A DNA stretch of 64,000 bases from Octopus sinensis (lineage: Eukaryota): assembly GCF_006345805.1 (NCBI RefSeq), contig NC_043015.1, positions 15,190,001 through 15,254,000 on the forward strand. The letters are read 5' to 3'. This document shows, piece by piece, positions 40,928 to 53,749 of the stretch. Each line of letters starts with the position of its first letter. Position 1 is the first letter of the stretch. A model generated the notes under the pieces. The model ran no database searches, had not been told where the DNA came from, and saw only the letters and a program-made list of their open reading frames with translations. A program made the position numbers and the translations under genes.

Positions 40928-41137
40928 GGCGGCGAGCTGGCAGAAACGTTAGCACGCCGGGCGAAATGCGTAGCCGTATTTCGTCTGCCGTTACATTCTG
41001 AGTTCAAATTCCGCCGAGGTTGACTTTGCCTTTCATCCTTTCGGAGTCGATGAAATAAGTACCAGTTACGCACTGATGTTTATGTAATCGACTAGTGCCC
41101 TTCCTCGCCATTTCAAGCCTTGTGCCTATAGTAGAAA
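40928..41137 (+). mobile_element. SINE family B with (ATT)n tail
   Basis: Intact head ggcggcgagctggcagaaacgttagcacgccgggcgaaatgcg; B box gttcaaattcc. Confidence 0.92.
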
Positions 41138-41166
41138 TTATTATTATTATTATTATTATTATTATT

Positions 41167-41721
41167 GAGTGAGAGAGCAGTGCATGCCATCAAAGTGACA
41201 CTGGGGTAAAATATACGAAGCCCAATATACCCATCATGACTACCCGTCTGATAAAGGTACACCAGGCACATGCATCACAACCATATGTGCGCGACATGGT
41301 GATCTCACATCAAGATAAACAGCACATGACCTTGCAGGTGGGGCCCAGTTAGAATTTTCTTCAGGTTGAGTAGCCCATCCCGCTCAAAAGGTCCCTGAAT
41401 AAGGGTTGTTTAAGGATGTTGAAAGAACCACCCATGTTTCCAGAGGTGAATTATTCAAACCCCAAAGAATCCCTCTCAACACATGGCTATGATGCTCCCC
41501 CACTACTTCTGCTCGTGATCAGAGATGCACATATCGTCAGCCACTAAGGGACATGCTCAACTGGTTAAGGTCAAACAACTGACAAGCAAATCTGTGGTAT
41601 TGAGCAGAATATTTGCTGTAGCCCATCTTTTATACCAAGACAAAACAACGTACATGATAACACTTCCAATCAGTTAAGATCAGAAGCCATGAGAGCCACT
41701 GCCTGGTACTGCATCAAGGCA

Positions 41722-41723
<2 letters not shown>
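41167..41723 (-). mobile_element. 557-bp non-coding element embedded in (ATT)n
   Basis: Complex sequence flanked on both sides by (ATT)n (41137-41166 and ~41721-41796); no ORF of 60 aa or more. Confidence 0.65.
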
Positions 41724-41796
<73 letters not shown>

Positions 41797-41800
41797 CAGA

Positions 41801-42016
41801 AGGCACCGAGCTGACAGAATCATTATCGCGCCGGACAAAAATGCTTACCGGCATTTCGCCCGTCTTTACGTACTGAGTTCAAATTCTGCTGAGGTCAACT
41901 TCGCCTTTCACCTTTTCGGGGTTTATGAAAAATAAGTACCAGTTGAGCTCTGGGGACGATGGAATCGACTGTATCTCTTTCCCAAAATTTCAGGGCTTAA
42001 GCCTGTAATAAAAAAG
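41801..42016 (+). mobile_element. SINE family B
   Basis: Head, B box and body motifs as in other copies. Confidence 0.85.
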
Positions 42017-42025
42017 ATTATTGTT

Positions 42026-42340
42026 ATTTTAAGTTCGTCCGTCGTTGTCGACGATGACCAAGGATATCAGGTGGGAGAAGACGGGGCATGATGTGTTCGG
42101 CTATGGCCGGACAGTCTGTTGCATGCTCGGGAGGTTCTGCCACGAGTCGGGTACTGGTGGGCTGTTGGGATTCGTGTTAGCTTTGTGCCCCTGCAATGCT
42201 ATTCTGTTTGTAGAAAGTGCTGCTGCATCTTTGATACATACATGATCCCTGAGATACACACTGCCTAAATACCAATCTTGAGAGATTAGGCTTCTCAAAA
42301 CCAGAGAGGAGAAAGGTAATTCGAAGACTACAGATCCAAT
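42026..42340 (-). mobile_element. RTE LINE 3' end
   Basis: Minus translation IKDAAALSTNRI... and CNRL..GHSRTH (degenerate C2H2 tail); 3' terminus ggtcatcgtcgacaacgacggacgaac. Confidence 0.75.
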
Positions 42341-43329
42341 CCATCACTGGAACTGTAAAAATCTGTAAAACTTTCCAAAAGTTTATTATTTAAATACATA
42401 TGAGTATGTCTAGATATGCAAGTATATGCATGAGAATACATACATAGAACAAAACATACAAATCTGCACATATACATACATACATACATATACATACATA
42501 CATACATACATGAATACATATATACATACATACATACATACAAAAGTACCCTGTTGTTGATGTTGAAATTCCAACGAAAGAGCTTTGGATATGGGTTAGA
42601 AACTTGCTCTTTCTCTATTGGCAAGAAATCTTGAAATAAAACTGAATGGCATACATACACACATACATACATACATACATGCATACATACACATGTACAC
42701 ATATTGTTGGATGGCCGTTGACTGCTCATGAGCTCTTCCGCCCTTTGACAGGTCTTATTTATCGTCCTGCAGGGTGTCCAACAGTCACCCTCCTCACCAA
42801 GCAAGCATGGTCGAGTCGTCGGCGACATACATACATACATACATACATACATACATACATACATACATACATACATACATACATACATGCATACACATGT
42901 CGATAAAGTGAATACCAGTCGAGTACTGTGGTCGACGTAATCGCCTTTTCCCCTCCCCCGAAACTGCTGGTCTTGTGCCAAAATTTGAAACCAATGTTCA
43001 CATATAAAACTATAATAAAATATATATTAAAAATTCCTGGCGAGGCTGAAATATAATATATTAAGTTATCTCTTTTTCTCATTCCTCTCACTTCTCATTC
43101 TTCTCCGCTATTTTCACTTCTTTTCCTTCTCATAATTTTGTTCATATAAAATAGGTGATATATGGAAAAGAATGCTATGATAATATTGATCAAGTCCTCA
43201 CAAGCAATGACAGCTACTGTTGCGATATTTAATAATAAGCTACCCCAAAACTAGTCAAGCAGGAACTTAACTCCTGTGCATTGTTAGTCTTTCATGCTCC
43301 ATTAAAATAGCATATAAAACTGCTATGCA

Positions 43330-43385
<56 letters not shown>

Positions 43386-43889
43386 CATTCTTTTTTAACT
43401 TCACTGTTTATCACTGACCAGAAATAAGAGTGAATAAAATAGCTATTAAGTCTGCACTGACTTCCTGATTTGAAATATTTGATACAAGTTTTTATTCTTC
43501 GGGAGGATGTTTCTTTCATTTTAAGCGAATAAATACCACCAAACAATATCAATATTATTTATAAGTAAAATGTTCCTCTAAATAAGATAGCTAAACCACT
43601 TCAACGCCTGTCATTTCAGTTGTATTCGGATTCATGAAATAATAGAAAATATATTAATTAAAGTAATTAAACCAAATTCATAAAAAAAAAATCAAGATAT
43701 AAACAATAGTGCATTTAGCACCAAAACAACCAGTATGAGTTTCTCTCTTGGTAACTACCGCAGTTTGTTTTAACGGAATATCCACGTTAAAGTGGGAATA
43801 AAACTTACTTCTCTGTCGCTAATAGATAATTTCATTTAAGTAAAATCAGTGCCATAAGTTGTTGTACTTGTATTTATGCTTGAAGTATA

Positions 43890-44166
<277 letters not shown>

Positions 44167-44639
44167 AGTAACAGCAAAAGAATGAGATCTCAATATTAGA
44201 TAAATAGAGGATAATCTCTATATGTTATAATTTAGAACAAACAGCAAGTTGTCATTATAGTACTCGGAGTTTCGAATGTCGGAGCGAAGAGCTACGATGC
44301 ATTCTCGTCGGCTATTGATGGCAATAGACGCTATAAAAAAAGAGTTGAATAAAAGGGAAGTTACACTAATTGGAAGGAAAAGAAAAAAGAAAAAGATTTA
44401 AAAAAAAGGTTGGCCCCAAAACGGCGTGCATTCTCTCCTGATAAAATCCATACACTTGCTGGCTTCCGGTATACGGAGTTCTCAACTGGTAGCACTTCCA
44501 TGTGCAAGTTGTTTGCAAAGCATCACATAACCATATTCTCACAATAATAGATATAAACCTCCTGCGTTTATAACGTCTACATACGCACACACTCACACAA
44601 ACATGTATAGGTACGTGCACACACATATAAGATGGCCGT

Positions 44640-45045
44640 CCACTCGTGACAGAGGAAGACCATTGTTGACCTTTAGGAATACTGTGCGCTCTTGGACTGA
44701 CTTATATTTTGCATTTGCGGCTTCGTTGATGGCTAATGAGCCCTGCTCTTGACAAGCATACACGACTACAAACATTGCAAACCAAGCTTTCCCCATCCAC
44801 TTTCCTAGCAGAGCGTTTTCGAGAAGCGCGCTTAAATTCTTCATGCAGAATACGTTCTCTTTCAAAGCTGTCCTTAACCTACTTTCTCTATCTCTGACGA
44901 TGACAGGCATTACACTCCCAGTCGGTCTCCCGCATATCACAGGCCTTTAATGAGAACTTGACACAGTCCTTAAACTGTATCCTCGGTTTTTGCCGGTGTC
45001 TCTTTCAACTAACAAGTTCCCCATATAGGATCTGTTTATTACATA
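44640..45045 (-). mobile_element. RTE LINE ORF2 C-terminal remnant
   Basis: Minus translation QILYGELVS*KRHRQKPRIQFKDCVKFSLKACDMRETDWE, the RTE PKQLLYGEL..GKR..GRP..RFKD motif. Confidence 0.85.
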
Positions 45046-45687
45046 TATAGATTCAGTAGGATATATAATACCACTTGCTAAAATCAGAGCCAATACTCCA
45101 AAAGCCACCATAAGCTCACGGTAAAGATATACACGAGGAATGCAATGAAAATATGAGAAATAGGCTTACCTTTGCGTTGAATACATCAGTATTATCTTAT
45201 TATATATACATAAATGAAAAAATGTATTGTAAATAAACGACAGGAAAAAAAACGTACAACGGGAGACAGACACAGAAGGTCCCTAATTCTTTGTCAGTCA
45301 AATGTAGAACTCCAGAAAAGTTTTGCACATTTTTACTATTCCGTTCAGAGAATATGCCTGTTAACCCATTGATTTCTTTTTATTAAAACTCTAACTTTTC
45401 CAGATTGTCATTTAAACATTTACTAACGAAACCAGTTATTATTGGTATAAATGTGGGTTTATAATCTGGATGTGGAAGCTGAAGGTTCCGAAGCTGTTGT
45501 CCGTAGTTATTCGCTTACTCTTTGATATCAAAGAGATATTTACATCAGCAGGGAAGCTTACCTCTATGACGATAAATACTTTGCCTCGAATGTCCCAAAC
45601 AACTTATATCCGTTCCTGTTATGTTTGCACTTGGCAGAAGTTTTAATGGAAATGTTCCATCAACATTCTTTCTGATGATGTGTATGT

Positions 45688-45940
45688 TGGACAAGTCCCT
45701 TAACCCATTGAGAGTCGTTGGGACACTGCAGCCATGCAGCGTATTTGGGTTAGAATGCCTGGCGGAGCCCATACCTCTCCAGGCTAAACTTATTTCTATA
45801 GCTGTCTGGACTGGAGCAACGTGAAATGAAATGTTTTGCTCAAGAACACAACGCATCGCCTGGTCCGGGAACTGAAACCACAATCTTACGATCGCGAGTC
45901 CAGAGTCCAGCATCCTAACTACTAAGCCATGCACCCCCAC
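45688..45940 (-). mobile_element. SINE family C inserted in the R4-like ORF
   Basis: 11-bp TSD gatgtgtatgt at 45677-45687 and 45941-45951. Confidence 0.9.
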
Positions 45941-46280
45941 GATGTGTATGTATGAATTCAATATTAGGAGGATTCCTTATATTTATCCCTGGACAGTTAA
46001 TTTTTTGGATGGCATTGCATATATATATATATTTTTTGCGACCTTATATTGTATTGAGCCGGTGACATTTTTCGGCAGCCTGTGTTCACATGTATTGATC
46101 GACATTTTCGGTTGCATCCTGAGGCTTCAAGGGTTTCATTGACCCTTTTGCTCATTGGTTAATTTGTAGCAATCTCCTGTCTTTGGGTGGCAAATGCATA
46201 GCCTTCGCCGTGTGATGTGATATAGTGGCCGCCAGTGCGAGAAAGACTGCACTTCGAATCGATATTAGTGTCATATTTAA

Positions 46281-46493
46281 GGCGGCGAGCAGGTGGAATC
46301 GTTAGCAAGCTGGTCAAAATTCTTAGCGGCATTTCGTCCGTCATTACGTTCTGAGTTCAAATTTCGTCGAGGTCGACTTTACTTTTCATCTTCTCAGGGT
46401 CGATAAAATAAGTACCAGTTGAGTACCGGGGTCGATGTAATCGTCTGATCCCCTCCTATGAAATTGTTGGCCTTGTGCCAAAATTTGGAACCA
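46281..46493 (+). mobile_element. SINE family B inserted in the R4-like ORF
   Basis: ~16-bp TSD atattagtgtcatatt / atattagtatcatctt (46262-46277, 46494-46509). Confidence 0.88.
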
Positions 46494-47781
46494 ATATTAG
46501 TATCATCTTCAAGTCTTCGGAAAACATACCCATGTAGAATCTCTTCTTTTGGTATACTGAGCGTTGTGCTTTTAAGTGTTCTTTGAGAAACGTTAGTTCA
46601 GCTGTTTTGGGCTTGTAAGGGAAGTCGCCAATAAGAGAGCGCTACCCGAGGAGTACACTGCCGACACACAGAAGTGTTTTTCAGCACTTGATTTATATAT
46701 TTATGCGTCCCTCTGTTATTTATCAGATGTTGTCTGAGAGATGCTTTGCGGTTCTTCGTGGTCTGTCTGTACTGATCCCAAGTATCTTCTGCTTATATCT
46801 TTTCAATGTAGAGCCTGTCGATATCTTTGTTTTTGCCGAAGTTTCCAGTTGATGTTAAGATATTGCAGATTTTAATGTCTATGGAGTGGATTTCCTCTAA
46901 AAGATCAGTCAAGTAGCCCAAATGTTGGTATCAGTACTGGTACAGCAAATGCATTGTGGTATATTGTCTCGTTGTAAGAGGAGAGTTCCAACTGCCATGT
47001 TTTTCTAAGTCTGGTGTAATATTCTCGAGCAACTCAATATTTTTTCACAGCGCCTTGGTATGATATGGTTTCATCAATGCTTAGGTATTTGTAGCGTTTT
47101 TTGTGTGGAACAGGAGTGATAGAGAGAATGCCCGCATTTTGTGTTAGGAGCTCTGATTTTCCATGTTCAACAATCAAATGTGAACATTTCTTTTGACCAA
47201 ATTTGTTTTCCAGCTGAAAATATTGTTAATAATTCCAGCTATTTTGTTGGCATTATAAACCTTTTTGCCATAAATTCTCCCGTCATCGCCAAAGAGGTAG
47301 GTATGTTAATGTATTTGTATAACTGTATGTTTGTTTACATTCGAATATACAAACAAGAAAGTATTTAATACATGAAGTACAATTTATTTATACACGGGTT
47401 AGTATTTGTGTGTGAGTGTATAATATACATACACACACGAGCGCGCACACTCGCTCACACACACACGCACGCGCACCCCTCCCCCAACATATATAATATC
47501 TCTTATTCTTTTATCTCTTTTACTTGTTTCAATCAAGGGACTGCAGCCATGCTGGAGAACCGCCTTGAATGGTTTAGTCAAACAAATCGACCCCAGTACT
47601 ATTTTTTTTTTTTGGAGGCATATGGCCAAGTGGTCAGAGCAACGGACTCGCGGGTTCGAATCTCAGACCGGGTGATGTGTGTGTTTATGAGCGAAACACC
47701 TAAGTTCCACACTTGGAAATCGGTGATTGTGTTAAATTAATAAAACACTAAAAGAGAATGACTCTCCTCAGAAACAATTAA

Positions 47782-47812
<31 letters not shown>

Positions 47813-47814
47813 TA

Positions 47815-48547
47815 CGAGGTCTGATCAATAAGTATCCGGACTGTTGCCATAGTAACGAAACTAAAGCACGCAGAATAAAGCCGCTAGGCAAAGAGTGACC
47901 TTCAACTTTGCTGATCATGCGCACTAAGTTTTAACGTTCTAACTCACTTCCGTTGTTTACAGCAGCGCTTGGGAAGGAAGGTGTGTAACGCGTGATCGTT
48001 GCATTGACCTTGACAGAGTAAGTTGTCATGGCAATGCTTGCTCAGAGGCCTATGCAAAGTTGCAGAAAGTGTATGGAGAGGAGTGTATGAACCGCACACA
48101 AATGTACGGGTCGCCGAAAAAATGTCGATATTGACGAACGTTCTGGGAGACTACCTTCGAATGAGAGCATGTATCCCTGCCCGTAAAATTCTGTTAACTG
48201 TTCTTTGACCCACTTCTTCACTACAGTTTTCAGTTCCTTATCATTGGACTATCATCTCTTTGGCCCCATTAAAGAGGGTTTGAGAGGCAAACATTATTCC
48301 AGTGACGAGGAAGAGAAAACTGTAGTGAAGAAGTGGCTCAAAGAACAGTCAACAGAATTTTACGGGACAGGGATACATGCTCTCATTCGAAGGTGGAATA
48401 TAGCTATTGAGAGAAACGGTGACTATGTTCAGAAGTAGGGATGTGATCCACAGAGGACCAGCTTCATTTTGATGTATGATACATATTCCTGTGTTGGTAA
48501 TTATACCTGTCCTAAACAAGATGGCATTACTTTTTGACTCACCCCCG
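47815..48547 (+). mobile_element. Mariner relic, apparently a chimera of two families
   Basis: TA-flanked; 5' end cgaggtctgatcaataagtatccggac and 3' end atggcattactttttgactcacccccg are poorly complementary; N-terminal (KLQKVYGEECM) and C-terminal (DYHLFGPIKEGLRG...GDYV) transposase pieces. Confidence 0.85.
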
Positions 48548-48799
48548 TACATACATACATACATACATACATACATACATACATACATACATACATGCAT
48601 ACATACATACATACATACATACATACATACATACAAGGGCCTTATAGTTAACCAAAGTCCCACAACTACTAGTGGGCGCATATAATGATGTAACGTTTCG
48701 ATGAGCAGTCAGTGACTCGGTTTCAATTCCCCGTTGAATCCTAATTTAATTAGACAGACATGAACATCATACAATCTCATCTTTTTCTCCTAAGTTTCG

Positions 48800-48837
<38 letters not shown>

Positions 48838-48997
48838 GAATATTTCAAAATATATAAAGAGCGAATGGAGAAGTAATTGAAAGAAACAAGCGTCACTGAA
48901 GTGGAATGTTTGTTTTTGTGTATAAGATAATCTTCCTGTTGGCCACCAGTGTGTACGACGTGGGAATGCGAAATGAAAAATATCTCGGCTATATTTA

Positions 48998-49074
<77 letters not shown>

Positions 49075-49776
49075 TATATGCATCTGTATAGTTATATGTA
49101 TGAGAGTATATACATGTGCCTGCTGTATGGATATGTGGTGAAACTACGGAAGAAAAGAAATTAATGAGTAGAAGATTCTAAAGGAAAATAAAATAAAAAC
49201 TTTTAGTGCAGAAAAAAATATTAAAATAATACAAATCAAAAAACAAGCATATAGAAAAATAAAATAAAGTATTTTAAAACAAAAACGAAGTTGTAAGGTT
49301 TTGATGTCAAATCCTTGCTATAAGATGGAACAAGAAGTAGAATGTCTTTCCCTCTCTGAAACTACTTCAAAGTAATCATAGGTGGCCTTGCTTTGCTTGC
49401 TTCTACTAAAAATACACTTCTGTTTTTGAGTTTGATTGTGTTGCTTTTTTAACCGATCTCTTACGTTGCCTTCCCAGTTAGGAAACTAAACAAAAACAAA
49501 AACAGAAAGCGAAAAAATGGAAAAGAACAAGATTGATGAAAAAATAACAAAGTTTGCGTTTGATGTTGTTAGGTTCTATGGGAGATCTCAAAAGCAATTT
49601 GACTCCTTGTTCGACCGGCCCTACAGGACTGACGAAGTGACCTCCGCACCTGAAAGGGTTTCTAACAAAATTATCTATGTTCGGCTAGTAATTACTTTAG
49701 AAGTTGACAGATTTGTAAGCAGTAAAGATGTATCGTTAAGTGTCTCTCACCTGATGAAATGGCACCCACCTATCTG

Positions 49777-49788
49777 CACACACACACA

Positions 49789-49876
<88 letters not shown>
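49777..49876. repeat. (CA)n microsatellite
   Basis: Visible directly. Confidence 0.97.
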
Positions 49877-49883
<7 letters not shown>

Positions 49884-50192
49884 ACTCAAGCATACATGCT
49901 CAGATTTACAAGCATAGCTTTTTACACTCTCATACAGATACACATACTACAACACAGGGAGTTTATTATATAACGGTACAGAAATACAATAGAAAGGTCA
50001 TTATCTAAAGCATGTGAAACAAGAATTCTTAGTGAAATAGTCTCTGTTTCTGAAAACAATCTCAGGGCATAAATTTTACTGCCATCGTCGATTTTAACGT
50101 TCAACTATTTTAACGTTCAACCGTTTCACTGTTTTCATAGTGGGTTTAATCTAAAACGCTCAACGTTAGTTAATTATTTCTCTATTTGTCTT

Positions 50193-50392
50193 TTGTCATT
50201 TACTTGTTTCAGTCATTAGATAGCGGCCATGCTGGGGCACTGCCCTGAAGAATTTTTGGTCGAATGAACCGACCTCAGTATTTATTCTGTTTTTTAAAAC
50301 CTGGCACTAATTCTATCGGTCGCTTTAGCTGAGTCGTTAAGTTACGGGCACGTAAACATATCTTCACCAGTTGTCAAGTGGTGGTAGGGGGC
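50193..50392 (-). mobile_element. SINE family A, 3' half
   Basis: Reverse complement of body and tail. Confidence 0.8.
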
Positions 50393-50468
50393 AAACATGG
50401 ACACAAAGACACACACTCACCCACACACCTCACACCCACACCCACATGTATATCTATCTATCTATCTA

Positions 50469-50604
<136 letters not shown>

Positions 50605-50736
50605 GCGACGAAAACCGGTATGAATTAATATATATATTTTAAAAAAAAACTTTAAAAAATTTTCCATACACCCATTTTCATTAAAATTTACCTTCAATTT
50701 AGCATTCTGCCTTTTTATAATTTTTCCTTGCCTATA

Positions 50737-50772
<36 letters not shown>

Positions 50773-50869
50773 TGTATGTATGTATGTATGTATATATGTA
50801 TGTATGTATATTCAAATATGAATTTGAAGCAGCTCGAGGTATATAAAAAAAAATCGAACAGATGTGTGT

Positions 50870-51269
50870 GTGTGTGTGTTGTTAGTTCGTGTGTCGGCTG
50901 CGTTTTGTGGCGTAAGAGAATATCTTTTCAATGCGCCTCGTGTTAAAACACCTGAAAGTAAGTCATAGGCAAATAAGACTACTTATACCAGGTCTCTTTC
51001 AGAGCGACAGACATTGGGTGTTTCCTCATTGTTATAACTTTTCGATGTCACGTTCCGAAGAAGGCTTGCAGCAGGCCTTGTTCGGTACGTGTTATTGAAA
51101 AGCGCAACAGTGACGAAACATCGATGTCTATTGCTCCGAAAGGGACCTGATGTGAGTTGTCTCGCTTGGGTATGACTTAGTTTCAGGTGTTTTTAACACC
51201 AAGAGCATTGAGAAGATATTCTCTTGCGCCTAAAAACCTAGCCGAACCACGAACTAACAACACACACAC
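50870..51269. mobile_element. Degenerate foldback element (~175-bp arms)
   Basis: gtgtgtgttgttagttcgtg...taagagaatatct..tcaatgc...acacctgaaa.taagtcata pairs with the right arm ending cacgaactaacaacacacacac. Confidence 0.82.
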
Positions 51270-51607
51270 TTTTTGTTAGGAAAATAAAACAAGGTAAAAA
51301 ATACTAAAAAAATTATATCTTGATGAACATTTTAGTATCGGTTTCAGTCTTTTCGACTTTTTCAACTTAGAATAAAATAAGAAAAACAATGAAATTGTGG
51401 AAAAAATTAAATGAAATGTTTTTTAAAATATTTCCTTAGTTTTGAAATAGGTAGGACATTTTGCTGTCCGTCTGTCTGTCTCTCTCTTTTATTTTTGTGA
51501 AGACTCAGTAGGTAGGGATCTGAAGGAAAGGTTAATATGAGGGATGTTGGTTCTGGATTTTGATTGTTTAAGTAGCTGCAGCAGCAGCTGAAGAAGGAGG
51601 CGGTGAA

Positions 51608-51638
<31 letters not shown>

Positions 51639-51712
51639 AAGAAGAAGAAAAGAAGAAGAAGAAGAAGAAGAAGAAGAAGAAGAAGAAGAAGAAGAAGAAG
51701 AAGAAGAAGAAG
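51608..51712. repeat. (AAG)n microsatellite
   Basis: Visible directly. Confidence 0.97.
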
Positions 51713-51869
51713 ACGGGAGTGGTATGACAGTAGTAGACTGTTCTTCAATGGTCAAGTGACCTAAAAGTGACCTGTTGTGGTTGTAGCAGTAGTGATTGGA
51801 ATTGTTTTGAATAAATTCATGGGTAGTGACTGTTCTGAATATATTTCTCATCTTTTGGGCGATGTCGTG

Positions 51870-52420
51870 GATATTTTTTCTAAATTCGTTCTGAAAGATT
51901 CGAACATGAAAATGCTAATCGCTGTTCTGTATGCCACGGGAAAACAACTCCTTTATAACGAATATGTGTTCATACTGCACTTGATTCATTGAGGGATTCT
52001 GGGACACCGGTGCTTCGACAGAGTTGTGTTTCGTCAGTCACTAGCACACGGACCAAGGAATGAGCTGCTGGTTTTGTTTCTCATTTCAGTCAACAAACTG
52101 TTCGCTGGTCTGTGCTGATATCTGATATCTAATAGCTGACACATGGCGATTTATTACCGATTGACAGATATCAGCTAGGGCCAGAGAACATTTTGTTCCC
52201 TAAAATTATAAACAAGGGTATTGGTTCTTGTTAGATTCATTAGTCCCGGTGCTTCTAGCTGACAAGATACAACATGTTAAAACACCGGTCTCCCAGAATC
52301 CTTTGTACCAATGAAACGAGTGTGTTATGAACACGGTCGTCGTCAAGAGTAAGCTGTCCACAACAGCAATTAGTATATTCATGTTGGAATCTGCCGGAAA
52401 GTATTTAATATGAAAATGCA
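51870..52420. mobile_element. Degenerate foldback element
   Basis: gattcgaacatgaaaatgctaatcgctgt vs acagcaattagtatattcatgttggaatc; ggattctgggacaccggtg vs caccggtctcccagaatcc. Confidence 0.72.
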
Positions 52421-52659
52421 AGTCACCGTTTTAAATCTCGCTGTTCACCGCGCCTGTGATGATTTATTCTCATGTTTATGTCATATGGTTAAAAAAAAAC
52501 AAAATGAAGATATAAAACAGACTGTATATATGTGTATATAGTGATTGATTATTTATATCATTAGATTAAGATGCTAATGTCCCTTGTAATTTTAAAGATT
52601 AAAAAATATATTATGAAATAGTGTTAAGAGATCTATTAAGAAAGTAAATAGTTTTGTTA

Positions 52660-53140
52660 ATCTTCCCCGTCAATGTACCTTCAGGTCAACGAACAATCCC
52701 TGATGTCCTCCTTGGCAAGCGCTCACAACAGCGATCGGTTTGGGACTGTTCTCAGTGAGTGGTATATAGATTAGTTGTTCATTTACTGTTTTAGCAACTC
52801 ACTGCTGAGGTGTTCTCCTACACCAACACTTGCCAATCATGACAGTTCACTCGAGACTGTCGAATGGCTGGTGGCATATATGGTCAAAATATATCAGTTT
52901 TAGGTTGCGTACAGTACTTACCAAGCTAGGTGAAATTCCAGTTTGGTCTGGGAGGATGCGTTGGTCTTGCAGTGTATCCACAGAATCTGCAGCTTGCGAC
53001 GCCAAAGCTGCGGACTTCACAATGTTGCTCAATGTTTGCTCGCCATACTTCGCAGTTGTACTGAACCACTAAGAGAACAGATTACTTCACCACTCATTTT
53101 GGGTGGCGATACGTCGTGATCTTTCCATGGCAAGCTGAGA
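52660..53140 (-). mobile_element. RTE (BovB-like) LINE RT 3' remnant
   Basis: Minus translation with WKDHDV.., VVQYNCEVW, LKLIYFDHIC..PFDSLE.TVMIGK. Confidence 0.75.
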
Positions 53141-53683
53141 TAATTGATTTGTGAATAATTGAAATGTTGAAGAAGTCTACTGTCATTCTAAGTGTTGTCA
53201 ATTTAAAGATTAACAAATCTTCTGAACACAAGAAATCATTCTTTAAAAAGTATGTTACACCTAAATTTCTTTACTTATTTCGATGTCACCCTTGAACCAG
53301 TCTTCTAAACTTAGTCTATTGTGAAACTAAATTCCTAACGAGCTGGACTGGCGATCCATTGCCAATATCCAATAATAACTATTTCGTTCAATAAACATCA
53401 GTAACAGATGTTTATCCGGATTCTCCAATAAAACTTTTAATGGCGGTGCCCCAGCATGGCCACAGCTCGTGAGCTGAAACTAGATGAAATGATATGAAAA
53501 CGTTTGCAAGTAAACTTAATACGTGAAACAATTTCTACTTTTCTAAATCTGAGCTCTTGGATCTTTGAACGAAATCTTTCCGTGACTGATGAAGTTGGTT
53601 TGGATGGTGTCAGCTTCAATTTATGCTGGTCAAAATGCGAAGAAAAAAAACGGAGTTTGGAACATCAAGGGTCTTGTCGGTAG

Positions 53684-53749
<66 letters not shown>

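Larger units (their letters stand above)
45290..47295 (-). mobile_element. R4/Dong-like RLE non-LTR retrotransposon, fragmented 3' half
   Basis: In order on minus: DD..YG, FGQKKCSHLIVEHGK, YKYLSIDE, HNAFAVPVLIPTFGLLD, DIDRLY, TSHGEGYAFA..QEI, Cys/His remnant, AKCKHNR, IVIEVSFPADVN (PD-(D/E)xK-type nuclease). Confidence 0.85.

Noticed and set aside
44593-44940. 115-aa minus ORF that looks like an exon
   Set aside because: It is an alternative frame of the RTE LINE remnant.
49517-50008. 163-aa plus ORF
   Set aside because: The second half is (CA)n and the first half has no recognisable domain.
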